DNA of 64,000 nucleotides from Oligoflexales bacterium (GTDB taxonomy: Bacteria > Bdellovibrionota_B > Oligoflexia > Oligoflexales > CAIYRB01), in the NCBI GenBank assembly GCA_041736175.1, contig JBGSUI010000218.1, forward strand, positions 1 to 64,000, written 5' to 3'. Below are positions 35,958 through 47,202 of the stretch, in pieces. The first letter of the stretch is position 1. Each line of letters begins with the position of its first letter. The position numbers and the translations under genes were made by a program. The notes below the pieces were generated by a model, which saw only the letters and a program-made list of their open reading frames with translations, made no database searches and had not been told where the DNA came from.

Positions 35958-36662
35958 TCACCAAAGCAAGACATAAACAAAGAGAATAATACCAGCAATT
36001 AAAAAGGCGATGGTGATTTTAGAGACCCAATTGGTTTCAAGCTTCTGATTCATGAGTCCAAAAGTGTCATCCAGTCGTGTGACTTCTTCTACAGAAAAAT
36101 GACTCGCTGCTGGGGAGCCATGTTCAGGAGCAGGTCCCTCTTCTAGGTTGCTGCTGGCTCTAACCTTGGAGGTACTGGAGGGCTTGCCTAGTCCCCGCTG
36201 GGAAGGGGAGGTTGTTTCCTCCTTATGGAAAGGAATCTCGTAGTCTTTTTCAAGAGAAAGAGACGCACCTTCATGGGACTCGTCCCCGTTACCTTTATCG
36301 CCCCAATCCGCCCCTCCAACTCCCTCTCCTTTAGCCACTCCATCCGAAGCACGATTCCCCTTAAATTGAGCATAACCGCTTCCTTGGGAGGCCGCCCCGT
36401 CGTGGCCAGAAGGGGGCGACTGGTCTCGCCGTTCTCCTGGGACATGGAGTTGCCCCGTCCTCTCGATGCCATCCTCGCTGAAGACCGTTTTGCTAAATTG
36501 CCTGTTAGGTTTTTCTGCTTTAGGAAAATGGACATCCACGGCTCCATGGACGAGCAGCAGGACCCGAGAGACGACAACCTCTTCGGACGAAGGAGTCAAA
36601 TCAAGAATTCTACTCAAGGATTTTTTACTCCCGCTTGTTCTGACACGGGGGTCCCGTGGCAT
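35958..36662 (-). CDS. Hypothetical disordered protein with C-terminal membrane anchor (start uncertain)
   Basis: The ORF fills the gap after secA. It is S/G/E-rich and ends in a hydrophobic helix. The listed start overlaps secA, so the true start may be downstream. Confidence 0.55.
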   Translation of the reverse strand: MPRDPRVRTSGSKKSLSRILDLTPSSEEVVVSRVLLLVHGAVDVHFPKAEKPNRQFSKTVFSEDGIERTGQLHVPGERRDQSPPSGHDGAASQGSGYAQFKGNRASDGVAKGEGVGGADWGDKGNGDESHEGASLSLEKDYEIPFHKEETTSPSQRGLGKPSSTSKVRASSNLEEGPAPEHGSPAASHFSVEEVTRLDDTFGLMNQKLETNWVSKITIAFLIAGIILFVYVLLW

Positions 36663-39295
36663 TTTTTAAATTTTTTACCCGACCCACAGGGACAGGGATC
36701 ATTTCTACCTATTTTATCGAGTTCCCGTTTAAGAGGTGACATAGACCCACGAGGTTCTGGCTCCATAGATCTCCGTGATCCATGGTAGATAAGGTCATTC
36801 TTGGCAGGTCCGTTGCCTTCACTCCCATGAGAGGAACCTCCATTTTGGTCCGGGCGATCGCCATTTGCCAGCGAAGCCGCCTCTGGATGTTTAAATTCCA
36901 AATCTTCCTCATCATAGGCTTCTTCGGACTGGGCCGGAATCGCCGCTTGGTCAGGAATCTCCACGGTCAAGAGAGCAACAACGGTTTCATCGTGAATCCG
37001 ACCCATAAGTTCTTCAAAGTATTTAAAGCCTTCTTTTTTGTACTCCTGGAGAGGGTCTCTTTGACCATAGCCTCTCAAACTAACGCTATCTTTAAGGGCA
37101 TCCATCGCTTGCAGATGGTTTTTCCATGCGCGATCGATGATCTGGAGATAGATCCATCTTTCGAGTCGCCCCACATGATCCTTGCCGATTTTTTCGAGCT
37201 TACCATTGTAGAAATTAAGCAGCTGGGTGTTCACCGTTTCCACCAAATCGCCATTCGTCGCGTGTTCTGCCTGACTCCTGTCCAGTTTGATCGGAGTATG
37301 AAACTGATTGGCTAAAGCCTCTTCAAGAGCTTCAAGATTCCAAGATGTCCCTCCCGTACTCTGCGGGGAATGCTCTGTCACAACAGTGCTTGCCAGGGAT
37401 TTGATTCCATCTTCGACAAAATCAAGACGCTTATCCCCCGCCAACGCTTCCCGCCTCAGGGAGTAGATCACCTGGCGCTGTTGGTTCATCACATCATCGT
37501 ATTCCAAAAGGTGCTTGCGGCTTGAAAAATTCTGCTCTTCGACTCTTCGCTGGGCTCTGGCAATAGCCCGCGTCACCATCGGAGCTACGATCGCTTCACC
37601 TTCTTTCATCCCTAGTCGTCCCATGATCGAGGACAATCGATCGGACGCGAAAATACGCATCAGGTCGTCTTCTAAGGATAAGAAAAATTTGGACATCCCT
37701 GGGTCACCCTGCCGCCCCGATCGCCCCCTTAGCTGGTTGTCAATCCGTCGGGATTCATGTCGCTCGGTGCCAATTACATAAAGCCCGCCGACCTCCTTTA
37801 CACCTTCGCCCAAAATAATATCGGTACCCCGACCAGCCATGTTGGTCGAAATCGTCACTTGTCCCTTTTGCCCAGCTTGCTTGATGATATCCGCTTCTCG
37901 TGCGTGATTTTTAGCATTGAGGATTTCGTGGGGGATATTCCTTTTTTTCAACAATGAGGCGAGAAGCTCTGATTTTTCTACGGATACGGTCCCCACCAGA
38001 ACAGGCTGTCCCTTTAGTTTAGCCTCGGCAATCTCATCGGCAATGACATTGAATTTTTCCCGAGCGGTCCGGTAAATCACATCGTCAGAATCCAATCGAA
38101 TCATGTTTCGATTGGTGGGTATACAAACAACATCAAGATTGTAAATCTTTTTAAATTCTACTGACTCGGTATCTGCGGTACCTGTCATACCTGATAATTT
38201 TTCGTAAAGTTTAAAGAAATTCTGGAAGGTAATCGTCGCTAAGGTCTGGGTTTCCTGTTGCACGGGCACGTGTTCTTTTGCTTCGAGAGCACCGTGTAAC
38301 CCATCGCTATAGCGCCGCCCTGGCATCAGTCGACCGGTATGCTCGTCAACAAGAATTACTTTGCCTTCTCGCACCACATAATCGACATCCTTTTTAAAAA
38401 CGATATGGGCTTTGAGCCCCTGATTGACATGATGGAGGACATCGATATTGTGTGGGTCATAAAGGTTTTCGACCCTCAGTCTTTTTTCGAGCTTGGAGAT
38501 TCCATCTTCGGTAAGAGCGACGGTCCTCGACTTTTCATCAAAAATATAGTCGCTATCTTTTTGCAGTCCAGGCAGGGCGGCATTGACCCTCACATAGGCT
38601 GATGTGTCAGACTCAGAGGGCCCAGATATAATAAGGGGCGTTCGTGCTTCGTCGATTAAGATCGAGTCGACTTCGTCCACGATCCCAAAATAGAAGGGAC
38701 GTTGGACCATACGCTCCATTTCGGTTTTCATATTGTCCCGAAGAAAATCAAAACCAAACTCGTTATTAGTCCCATAGGTGATATCTGAATGGTAGGCTTC
38801 CCGTCGCTGGGTGTCAGAAAGCCCATGAATGATGACCCCAGTCGTTAGCCCTAAAAAACCATATATTTTGGACATCCACTGGGCATCCCTTTGGGCCAAG
38901 TAATCGTTCACCGTCACCACATGGGAACCGCGGCCTAAAAGGGCGTTTAAATAAGTAGGCGCTGTTGCGGTCAGGGTTTTTCCTTCACCGGTTCGCATTT
39001 CGGCGATCTTGCCTTCATGGAGCACGATTCCACCGATAAGCTGAACATCAAAATGCCGCTTTCCATCGACTCGAAAACTGGCCTCACGGACCACGGCAAA
39101 AGCTTCGGGCAGTAATTGGGCCAGGGTCTCACCCTTTGCAAGCCTTTCTTTAAACTCGGCGGTCTTCCCAGCTAACTGCGCATCGCTGAGGGGCTTAATA
39201 GTGCTTTCCAGCTCGTTGATCTTACTGACAACACTGCTGATTCTCTTTATTTCCCTATCATTTTTGCTGCCAAATAGTTTTTTTAAAATTTGCAT
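36614..39295 (-). CDS. secA: Preprotein translocase ATPase SecA
   Basis: [32 protein letters not shown] and [17 protein letters not shown]. Likely start MQILKK. Confidence 0.98.
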   Translation of the reverse strand: MQILKKLFGSKNDREIKRISSVVSKINELESTIKPLSDAQLAGKTAEFKERLAKGETLAQLLPEAFAVVREASFRVDGKRHFDVQLIGGIVLHEGKIAEMRTGEGKTLTATAPTYLNALLGRGSHVVTVNDYLAQRDAQWMSKIYGFLGLTTGVIIHGLSDTQRREAYHSDITYGTNNEFGFDFLRDNMKTEMERMVQRPFYFGIVDEVDSILIDEARTPLIISGPSESDTSAYVRVNAALPGLQKDSDYIFDEKSRTVALTEDGISKLEKRLRVENLYDPHNIDVLHHVNQGLKAHIVFKKDVDYVVREGKVILVDEHTGRLMPGRRYSDGLHGALEAKEHVPVQQETQTLATITFQNFFKLYEKLSGMTGTADTESVEFKKIYNLDVVCIPTNRNMIRLDSDDVIYRTAREKFNVIADEIAEAKLKGQPVLVGTVSVEKSELLASLLKKRNIPHEILNAKNHAREADIIKQAGQKGQVTISTNMAGRGTDIILGEGVKEVGGLYVIGTERHESRRIDNQLRGRSGRQGDPGMSKFFLSLEDDLMRIFASDRLSSIMGRLGMKEGEAIVAPMVTRAIARAQRRVEEQNFSSRKHLLEYDDVMNQQRQVIYSLRREALAGDKRLDFVEDGIKSLASTVVTEHSPQSTGGTSWNLEALEEALANQFHTPIKLDRSQAEHATNGDLVETVNTQLLNFYNGKLEKIGKDHVGRLERWIYLQIIDRAWKNHLQAMDALKDSVSLRGYGQRDPLQEYKKEGFKYFEELMGRIHDETVVALLTVEIPDQAAIPAQSEEAYDEEDLEFKHPEAASLANGDRPDQNGGSSHGSEGNGPAKNDLIYHGSRRSMEPEPRGSMSPLKRELDKIGRNDPCPCGSGKKFKKCHGTPVSEQAGVKNP

Positions 39296-39423
39296 CAGTT
39301 CTACTCGAGTGGCGATGTTTTTAGGGGACAGGTGGGGTAACCTATCGTGGCCCCGATTCATGGACTATATATCGGCAAAAGGTATCTGGAAAGTAGCTTA
39401 CTCGCCGGCTTTAGCAAGGAACC

Positions 39424-40398
39424 CTAGTAAAGCCTTAGATCCGTGTGATCTAAAATAAATTTTTGCGGATCATCATACTTTCCATTCACCTGTATTTCAT
39501 AGTGGACATGGGGACCTGTGGTCCGCCCCGTGGCTCCTACGGTTGCGATCTGCTCGCCCCTCGCTACTTTTTGGCCTGGTTGGACGATGTTTTGTTCGTT
39601 GTGTCCAAATCGAGAAATGATTCCGTATCCATGGGCTATCATAACAAAATTCCCAAATCCCTCCTTCTTTCCAGCATAGATGACCACCCCATCCGCTGGG
39701 GCTTTCACCGGGGTCCCGGGCGGTGCGGCGATATCAATCCCCATATGCTGGGTTGATTCTCCAGTGAAAGGTGAGGTTCTACTCCCAAAACCACTGGTGA
39801 CCCACCCCTCCACGGGCGCGATCGAAGGAATCGATTGTAAAAGGGATTTTTGCTGGCTTAAACTTGAGAGAAGCTGCTGTAATTCTAGCGCATTATGTTG
39901 GGCCTTCCTGCCTATAACCGCGAGTTGGCTGAGGACCGGTCGAAAAGTCAATGAATCGATATCAAGTCCAGGCGGGATATAATGACTGCTGGCGTCTTGA
40001 AGGTCTTTCGTTATTCCTGTGAGGCCGTCATCCCCAGCAGTTTCCTGATGCTGCTCGATCCCGGTTTTTTGGCTCACTTTTTCGACTCTCACCCTGGTCA
40101 ATTCTCCCAGTTTTTCACTATAGTCTTGAACCCTTTGTAAGGATTTTTTCACGTCTTCGAGATGGCTCATCAAGAGTCGGGCTTCTCCTTTAAGAGCATT
40201 ATTTTCGATCGTTATTCCTTGATAGAGGTCTTTAAGCCGATGCAGGTTGATATAGTCGTAAATGATATAACCAGCAAACAAAGATCCCAGCAAAAGCCCG
40301 AAGAAAACCACTTTAAATAAAAAAACCGGAATTCTAATCTGTTTGGTGGCACGGGTCCCCTCGGGAATAATCATCAGGGTCATTTTTTTAAAAACCAT
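39424..40398 (-). CDS. M23 family peptidoglycan endopeptidase
   Basis: TM plus coiled coil; HMGID and GPHVHYE motifs. Confidence 0.92.
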   Translation of the reverse strand: MVFKKMTLMIIPEGTRATKQIRIPVFLFKVVFFGLLLGSLFAGYIIYDYINLHRLKDLYQGITIENNALKGEARLLMSHLEDVKKSLQRVQDYSEKLGELTRVRVEKVSQKTGIEQHQETAGDDGLTGITKDLQDASSHYIPPGLDIDSLTFRPVLSQLAVIGRKAQHNALELQQLLSSLSQQKSLLQSIPSIAPVEGWVTSGFGSRTSPFTGESTQHMGIDIAAPPGTPVKAPADGVVIYAGKKEGFGNFVMIAHGYGIISRFGHNEQNIVQPGQKVARGEQIATVGATGRTTGPHVHYEIQVNGKYDDPQKFILDHTDLRLY

Positions 40399-40451
40399 CG
40401 GTCCCCCTGGGAATGAGCCCGCGATCTGGTAAAGATTGCAATCTGCACTCT

Positions 40452-41285
40452 TTACTTTCCACTCTCATTTGGAAACTTTACATTAAAAATAAGCAGTGTA
40501 ATATTATCTTCGCCACCTCTCTCATTAGCTAGATTTATGAGCTCTGTAGCTGCCTCTATCCCGGATTTTGAAACCGCAAGGGAAATCTCTTTATCTGAGA
40601 CTTTTCCATGGAGTCCATCACTACACATAACGATGAAATCGCCATCTTCAATAGGGATCGACAGCGTATCAACGTCTTCTTCTTCCTGATAGCCGACACT
40701 GCGGGTAATCACATTTCTAAGATGATGAAACTCAGACTCTTCTTGGGTGATCAGGCCCGCCTTAACTTGCTCATGGACGAGAGAATGGTCACTGGTTATT
40801 TGGTAGATAAGCTGACACCTCACCAAATAGCATCTGCTATCGCCAACGTGCGCGAGATAGAGATAACGACCAATCACCCGGGCCACTGTTGCCGTGGTTC
40901 CCATACCTTTAAGGCTCGGGTCTTCAAGAGCTCTTTCATATATTTTGGTAGATGCAAAATTAACAGCATTTATAAAAATATGAGCCACGAGTCCGTTTGG
41001 ATGATCGCGAGGAGTGACAATTTCGTCATTATGGAGCTTTAGATAACTTGATATCTGTTCGACACATAATTTAGACGCGATCTCACCACCCGCATGACCG
41101 CCCATACCGTCGGCTACGATATACAAATCACGATCTTCGTCCACCAAAAAAGAATCTTGATTGGTCTGACGCACCCGACCGACATCGGTTTGGCCCCTCC
41201 AGGTTACTAGGCATTTCTGTTGGTCGGGTACTTTATCTAGATCCCCCAATAGGATTTCTCCGCTCGAGCCGCTCGTTAAATTCAA
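40452..41285 (-). CDS. PP2C/PrpC-type Ser/Thr phosphatase
   Basis: R..NQD, VADGMGGH, GDSR, CSDGL and DNIT motifs. Confidence 0.93.
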   Translation of the reverse strand: MNLTSGSSGEILLGDLDKVPDQQKCLVTWRGQTDVGRVRQTNQDSFLVDEDRDLYIVADGMGGHAGGEIASKLCVEQISSYLKLHNDEIVTPRDHPNGLVAHIFINAVNFASTKIYERALEDPSLKGMGTTATVARVIGRYLYLAHVGDSRCYLVRCQLIYQITSDHSLVHEQVKAGLITQEESEFHHLRNVITRSVGYQEEEDVDTLSIPIEDGDFIVMCSDGLHGKVSDKEISLAVSKSGIEAATELINLANERGGEDNITLLIFNVKFPNESGK

Positions 41286-41314
41286 ATGGTCTTATATAAA
41301 ACACTTTTAGTATA

Positions 41315-42271
41315 TCATGTCTGGCGGCTTATCCCGAGATCTTGAACAACTGTTTTGAGGGCTTCCTTCCAGCTCTGCAGTTCGCTTATTTTATAAGTCA
41401 TTTTAAATTTATGACAGTTGAGGCGAGAATTCTTGGGACGCTTTGCCGGAGTAGGATACTCTTCTGTCTTAATGGGCAAAACATTTTTGACCTTTAGGTT
41501 AATTCCCTGTTTTTTACCATATTCAAATATCGTATTTGCAAATTCACACCAATTGGTCTCACCTTCGTTACAAAGGTGGTAAAGACCCTTAAATTTTGCA
41601 AACCCATCCTTAAGTCCCAAAGCAATCACCCGGCTGATCATCTCTGACAGAAATTCCGCACTAGTAGGTGCTCCAATTTGGTCGCCGACAATTTTTAGTT
41701 CTTCCCTTTGCTCCCCCAGTCGCAACATCGTCTTTACAAAATTCTGGCCATGGGCACTAAACACCCAAGAGGTTCTAAAAATAAGACCATCACAACCCGA
41801 TTCAAAGATTGCCTGCTCTCCTTTGAGTTTCGAAAGGCCGTAGAAATTGAGGGGACCAGTCGGATCCTCTTCAGATCTTGCCTGTTGACCGTCCCCTGGA
41901 AAAACATAGTCCGTTGAAAAATGGATCAGAGGAATCCTATGATTTTCACAGTATCCTGCCAATATTTTTGGCGCCTCAGCGTTGATCAATAAGGCTTTTT
42001 CCTGGTCGGTTTCAGCTTTATCGACCGCTGTATAGGCTGCTGGATTCACTATGAGATTAGGTCTTACTTGTTCTAAAACATCTAAGATCGAGGTTTTATC
42101 ACAAAAATCCATTTGATAAAAGTTGGCATCGATTTTTAATGGAAATAGGTCTGTCGCTACGAGGTCCCCTATACCTTTCAACCTTTTTAACAAGGCATGA
42201 CCAACCTGTCCATCAGCACCTGTGACTAATATCTTTGGCCCATGACCCATAGTAGAATCACTTTCCTTCAT
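41315..42271 (-). CDS. rfbD: dTDP-4-dehydrorhamnose reductase
   Basis: TGADGQVG, AAYTAVD, STDYVF and YGLSK motifs. Confidence 0.96.
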   Translation of the reverse strand: MKESDSTMGHGPKILVTGADGQVGHALLKRLKGIGDLVATDLFPLKIDANFYQMDFCDKTSILDVLEQVRPNLIVNPAAYTAVDKAETDQEKALLINAEAPKILAGYCENHRIPLIHFSTDYVFPGDGQQARSEEDPTGPLNFYGLSKLKGEQAIFESGCDGLIFRTSWVFSAHGQNFVKTMLRLGEQREELKIVGDQIGAPTSAEFLSEMISRVIALGLKDGFAKFKGLYHLCNEGETNWCEFANTIFEYGKKQGINLKVKNVLPIKTEEYPTPAKRPKNSRLNCHKFKMTYKISELQSWKEALKTVVQDLGISRQT

Positions 42272-42289
42272 TTACATGATTTAAGTAAA

Positions 42290-42856
42290 TTATTTTTTAA
42301 CTAAATTATATTTGACCAATTTTTCTCTTGGAACATCCTTAAGTCGGATACCGTCCTGGTCCTTTTTTGATAGGCTTGGCTTGTCAACAGGCCACTGAAT
42401 CCCAAGGTCCGGATCGTTGTAGGCGATCGAAATCTCGGTCTCGGGATGGTAGTATTCGGTACATTTATAGGAAAAGATCGTCCCCTCAGCCATGACAACA
42501 AATCCGTGGGCAAATCCCGGAGGCACATAGAGTTGTCGTTTGTTTTCGTCATCTAAAACCACACCTACCCACTGGCCAAAACTAGGAGACTCCAAACGAA
42601 CATCGACGGCCACATCATAAACGCGACCTTTGAGCACCGTCACTAGCTTTCCCTGGGGGTAGGGATTTTGGAGGTGCAGCCCCCTTAGGATGCCATGGGC
42701 CGAACAGGAAAGATTGTCTTGGACCCATTCGCCTGGCAAACCAACTCCCAGATACCTCTTAAGCTGAAATGTTTCGAGAAAATATCCTCGAGCATCGCCA
42801 AAGACCTTTGGTTCTATAATTAACACGTCAGGCAAAGTGGTTTCAAGGACGTTCAT
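42290..42856 (-). CDS. rfbC: dTDP-4-dehydrorhamnose 3,5-epimerase
   Basis: D.RG.F.E, LRGLH and GFAHGF motifs. Confidence 0.97.
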   Translation of the reverse strand: MNVLETTLPDVLIIEPKVFGDARGYFLETFQLKRYLGVGLPGEWVQDNLSCSAHGILRGLHLQNPYPQGKLVTVLKGRVYDVAVDVRLESPSFGQWVGVVLDDENKRQLYVPPGFAHGFVVMAEGTIFSYKCTEYYHPETEISIAYNDPDLGIQWPVDKPSLSKKDQDGIRLKDVPREKLVKYNLVKK

Positions 42857-42883
42857 AAAAATTCCTTTTCGGCCTAAATAAAT

Positions 42884-43768
42884 CTAGTTTTTACCTTCTC
42901 GCTCTACCAGCTGAATGAGGTACTGACCATAGCCACTCTTTGCATATTTTTGTGCCAGCCTCCCCACCTGATCTAGGGTTATATAGCCCATCCGCCACGC
43001 GATTTCTTCAGGACAGGCGATTTTGAGTCCCTGGCGGTTTTCGACAGCTTCCACAAAATTAGTCGCTTGGACCAGTGATTCATGGGTGCCTGTATCAAGC
43101 CAGGCGGTCCCACGACCTAAAAGCTCTACATTGAGCCTATTGCGCTCATGATAGACTTTGTTAACATCCGTAATTTCCAACTCACCCCGTGGCGAAGGCT
43201 TTAGGTGTTTGGCGATGGAGATCACTTCATTGTCGTAGAAATAAAGCCCCGTCACAGCAAAATTAGAACGAGGGTGTTTCGGCTTTTCCTCAAGACTTTT
43301 TACTTTTCCATTTTGGTCAAATTCTACGACCCCATACCGCTCCGGATCCCTTACATAATAGCCGAATACGGTTGCTCCTTGAGTCCTTTCATGGGCTTTT
43401 TCGAGAGACTGGCTAAGTCCATGACCAAAATAAATATTGTCGCCTAATACCAAACAGGATGGATCTTTACCAATAAAAGGCGCCCCGATGATAAACGCCT
43501 GGGCGAGACCTTCGGGTTTCGGTTGTTCGGCGTATTGAAATTCTAGCCCCCATTCTCTACCATCCCCCAAGAGTCTTCGAAAAAGTGGGAGATCTTGCGG
43601 AGTACTGATCACAAGTATTTTTCTGATCCCCGCCAGCATCAAAACAGAAAGGGGATAATAGATCATGGGCTTGTCATAAACAGGCAACATTTGTTTACTT
43701 ATGACTAAAGTGAGCGGATGAAGCCTCGTCCCTGAGCCGCCGGCTAAAATAATGCCTTTTCGTTCCAT
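42884..43768 (-). CDS. rfbA: Glucose-1-phosphate thymidylyltransferase
   Basis: [12 protein letters not shown] and WLDTGT motifs. Confidence 0.97.
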   Translation of the reverse strand: MERKGIILAGGSGTRLHPLTLVISKQMLPVYDKPMIYYPLSVLMLAGIRKILVISTPQDLPLFRRLLGDGREWGLEFQYAEQPKPEGLAQAFIIGAPFIGKDPSCLVLGDNIYFGHGLSQSLEKAHERTQGATVFGYYVRDPERYGVVEFDQNGKVKSLEEKPKHPRSNFAVTGLYFYDNEVISIAKHLKPSPRGELEITDVNKVYHERNRLNVELLGRGTAWLDTGTHESLVQATNFVEAVENRQGLKIACPEEIAWRMGYITLDQVGRLAQKYAKSGYGQYLIQLVEREGKN

Positions 43769-43787
43769 CGTGCACCACCTCATTTAT

Positions 43788-44843
43788 TTAAATTTTTGTA
43801 CCCAACCGCTCCCTCTGGTACCGTCCGTCTTGAACTCTTTTACACCAATGATTCGATTCTTCTTTATACCATAACACTGTCTTGCGTAGCCCCGTTTCAA
43901 AGGTTTCCTTTGGCTTTACCCCAAGCTCACGCTCAATTTTTCGGCAGTCTATTGCATACCGCAAATCATGACCCGCTCGGTCTTTGACAAAAGTGATCAA
44001 ACTGCGTCTTTTGAGGTCCTTAATGGGGGCTATCTCATCGACGATATCACAGATAGCTTCGACGACCTCGATGTTCCTTTTTTCGTTTTTCCCTCCAATA
44101 TTGTAGGTCTCACCGAGCCTGCCTCGGGTAAAGACCTGCATCAGCGCTGTGGCATGATCATCCACAAAAAGCCAATCTCTGATATTTTTGCCAGCACCGT
44201 ATACGGGCAGAGGTTTGCCTTCCAGCGCATTGAGGGTCACAAGGGGGATTAGTTTTTCGGGAAACTGATAGGGGCCATAATTGTTAGAGCAGTTTGTGGT
44301 CACCACTGGCAAGCCGTAGGTATGGTGCCAAGCCCTCACTAAATGGTCAGAGCTGGCCTTAGACGCCGAATAGGGCGAATTAGGAGAATAGGGAGTTGTC
44401 TCCTCAAAAAGTCCTTCGTCCCCTAGAGTTCCGTAAACTTCGTCTGTAGACACGTGATGAAAGCGAAAGTTGTTTTTCTTTTCACCTTTGAGATTTTGCC
44501 AGTAGTGGCGGCATTCCTCCAGGAGACTGAAAGTACCCACGACATTGGTTTGGATAAATTCTCCCGGGCCATCGATCGAACGATCCACATGAGACTCCGC
44601 GGCAAGATGGATCACACCGTCGGGATTAAATGATTCCAAAATGGTCCGCACCCCTTGACGGTCCCCAATATCAAGGTGGGAAAATTGGTAAAGGGAGCTA
44701 CTGGAAATCTTTGTGAGGGATTCTAAATTGCCTGCATACGTCAACTTATCTAAGTTTAAAACCTGCCAATTTGTCTCTGCAATGATTTTTCTAATAAGTG
44801 CTGACCCTATAAATCCCGCACCTCCTGTGACTACAACCTTCAA
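43788..44843 (-). CDS. rfbB: dTDP-glucose 4,6-dehydratase
   Basis: [24 protein letters not shown] and YSASK motifs. Confidence 0.97.
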   Translation of the reverse strand: MKVVVTGGAGFIGSALIRKIIAETNWQVLNLDKLTYAGNLESLTKISSSSLYQFSHLDIGDRQGVRTILESFNPDGVIHLAAESHVDRSIDGPGEFIQTNVVGTFSLLEECRHYWQNLKGEKKNNFRFHHVSTDEVYGTLGDEGLFEETTPYSPNSPYSASKASSDHLVRAWHHTYGLPVVTTNCSNNYGPYQFPEKLIPLVTLNALEGKPLPVYGAGKNIRDWLFVDDHATALMQVFTRGRLGETYNIGGKNEKRNIEVVEAICDIVDEIAPIKDLKRRSLITFVKDRAGHDLRYAIDCRKIERELGVKPKETFETGLRKTVLWYKEESNHWCKRVQDGRYQRERLGTKI

Positions 44844-44914
44844 AAGAACCCCCTTTTAGTAAATAAAGGTACAACTAACATTCTTTTACAGTAGGAGACC
44901 TGTGTAACGATCCG

Positions 44915-45997
44915 TTATAAGACTTTTTCCCATGGATAATCCGCCTCCCCAAAACTCAAGACCGGATATTCAGACCATCTTGATAGCTTTCTCGAAAAAT
45001 ACTCGTTGGCGGTCAACCTTGCCCCCCACTTTTCGTAAATATATTTGACCTGGGCTTTATCTAACCTTTTACCCCGACTAAGACCCTCGGCATGAATACA
45101 TACCAAATGGCTTGCAACCCAATTCACACGACCTGAGCGCTGAGCCTTTAAGCATAAATCTAAATCCTGCCCGAGACTAGGTAGGAGCTCGTCAAAGCCA
45201 TTTATTTCTTGAAATACTGATGCTTTCATAATCATCACCGCGCCCGTGACTGCGGCGACGGGCCTTGGTTGTTGAAACCACCGATGGGCGCGATTGAGGG
45301 GCACTCCCTTCAGGGGATGGGCACCCACAATTTTGACTCCTGGAGCCAAAAAGAGATGCTGAATGCGGTTGTCAGGATAGCTCAAAGAACAGCCTAAAAC
45401 TCCCAATTTAGGCGCTTTTTTTGCGAGGTCGATCATTTCGAGGATAAAGGAGTCGCCTAGGATTTCGATGTCATTGTTTAAAAAAAGTAGATAGCTAGGT
45501 TCCCAAGGCAACCATGCTTTGACCACATCATTGTTGATTTTGGAAAAGTTAAACGGATAATTGGCATCAAAAACCTCTACCTTGAATCCATCATCGCGAG
45601 ACTGGGTCCGCATCTCAGCAATCCCCTTGTGGGTTTCGGTCCTCACTGACTGATTATTGGCAAGCACAACAGTAACCCGCAATTTTTCCAACTTCTGTTT
45701 TATGACAGAGTTTAAGCAACGCAAGGTTAGGTCCCATTGATCTCTAAAAGGGATGACGACAAGCAGTCTTTCGGCGTTGTCACCAGCGCTGGTATGACTC
45801 GAAGTCTGGGGGTCACCCTCCAAGCCTTGAGACCACTGTTTTTGATACCTGAGTTGGGGCTCGGTAAATTGATCCAGAAGAATCAAGGTAGGATCTCTTG
45901 TTTGTCGATACCGCCACTTGGAGACTAACCATAGGGGAACTACAAGAAGCTTAAAGACTATTTTGTAAAATTTTGCTTGGAGGAGGCTCAAGGTCAC
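44915..45997 (-). CDS. GT2 glycosyltransferase (possible rhamnosyltransferase)
   Basis: FNFSKINN, FLNND, AVTGA and DLDLCL motifs; lies upstream of rfb. Confidence 0.88.
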   Translation of the reverse strand: MTLSLLQAKFYKIVFKLLVVPLWLVSKWRYRQTRDPTLILLDQFTEPQLRYQKQWSQGLEGDPQTSSHTSAGDNAERLLVVIPFRDQWDLTLRCLNSVIKQKLEKLRVTVVLANNQSVRTETHKGIAEMRTQSRDDGFKVEVFDANYPFNFSKINNDVVKAWLPWEPSYLLFLNNDIEILGDSFILEMIDLAKKAPKLGVLGCSLSYPDNRIQHLFLAPGVKIVGAHPLKGVPLNRAHRWFQQPRPVAAVTGAVMIMKASVFQEINGFDELLPSLGQDLDLCLKAQRSGRVNWVASHLVCIHAEGLSRGKRLDKAQVKYIYEKWGARLTANEYFSRKLSRWSEYPVLSFGEADYPWEKVL

Positions 45998-46542
45998 TTT
46001 CGTAAATCGCCTAGGTAATGACTAGCTAATGAGACACATAGCGCCGACAAAGCGTGGTCCATCCGTCCTAAACGGACCAACGTCACCAATTCATTGGGAT
46101 CTACTAGTTTAAGAGTGATTTCCTCGTCTAAGTCTTGAAAATGGGTTCTATTTTCTTGGAGAACACAGTCTAAAGCCAAAAAAAAGTGAATGCGATTGGC
46201 CATAATCGCCGGGTTGGGATTAAAACTTCCCAAGGACAAGATTCGCATCGAAGTATAACCCGTCTCCTCTTCTAACTCCCGAACCGCCGCAAGCATGGGG
46301 TCCTTTTCGTCGGGATCCATCATCCCTCCGGGGGTCTCAAGCACGTTGGCCATCGAACCAAATCGCACCTGTTCGATAAGCACCGCTGAGCCTTCCCGGG
46401 TGATCGGCAAGATATTGGCCCAGTCTCCGCAAGTGATCCGGTACCGAGGATTTAAGAGGTGCCCCTTTTTGGAACGGACCGAAAGTTCCTCCACATCAAA
46501 AATAGGACTGTGAAAGACTAATTTCTTTGTTTCGAGCTTCAT
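45994..46542 (-). CDS. NUDIX hydrolase (ADP-ribose pyrophosphatase-like)
   Basis: Nudix box PGG...E...AA.RELEEETGY. Confidence 0.92.
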   Translation of the reverse strand: MKLETKKLVFHSPIFDVEELSVRSKKGHLLNPRYRITCGDWANILPITREGSAVLIEQVRFGSMANVLETPGGMMDPDEKDPMLAAVRELEEETGYTSMRILSLGSFNPNPAIMANRIHFFLALDCVLQENRTHFQDLDEEITLKLVDPNELVTLVRLGRMDHALSALCVSLASHYLGDLRK

Positions 46543-46570
46543 CCTGGGGTGCTCCTTCCAAATCGGGATC

Positions 46571-47170
46571 CTAAGCCATCGTCCCGATTTTTTGCAGTAT
46601 GTATTCTGCGGTCATTCCTGCCGCGAGTCCGTAGTTCTGCTTCCATTGAAGGTGGGACTCAGGTCCTACAAAGTTTGTAACTGCCAATACCACAGAGAGA
46701 GATTGGCATTGTTGGATTATTTCAGAGATACACGAATAGAGCTCCAGATTTTCGACAGTCGACTCCGAAACAAATCCCTCTGGTAAGGCGCTCACAAGGC
46801 TAATGCCAGGAGAACAAAGGACCCGTTTTGCTGGGAGGCCCTGAAAATAGCTCGGAACATCGGGCAGAGTGATAGGGGGAGCTGAGTCTTTTACGGTGTA
46901 GGATACCTTAAGCCGTTCGCAGGTTGGACTCCAGCTCACATCGGTGGCTCTCACCAAATAGACTTTTGAGAAATTGGCAAAGGACCCACAGGTTCCTACA
47001 AAGATCACGTTACGTCCACGGCATTGGTCGGCGATCGATCTTGATTTTTTAGCCGCAGCAATCGCTCCCACTCCAGCCAGAACGGTGTCTGGTGTATGCC
47101 CCCGCTGCTGGAGTCCGCTGACAAGTGGATCCACCTCAAACTTTGCTGCCGCGATGATGACTGGGTTCAA
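46571..47170 (-). CDS. Nucleoside phosphorylase/nucleosidase family protein (futalosine hydrolase/MTAN-like)
   Basis: GVG..AA, GTCG, EN(L)E and TN.VG motifs. Confidence 0.7.
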   Translation of the reverse strand: MNPVIIAAAKFEVDPLVSGLQQRGHTPDTVLAGVGAIAAAKKSRSIADQCRGRNVIFVGTCGSFANFSKVYLVRATDVSWSPTCERLKVSYTVKDSAPPITLPDVPSYFQGLPAKRVLCSPGISLVSALPEGFVSESTVENLELYSCISEIIQQCQSLSVVLAVTNFVGPESHLQWKQNYGLAAGMTAEYILQKIGTMA

Positions 47171-47202
47171 TGCTACCGCCTACAGTTCTAAGGACTTTGA
47201 AA

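Noticed and set aside
39369..39395. sigma28 promoter for secA
   Set aside because: Good -10 (GCCGATAT) but no convincing -35 at the right spacing.
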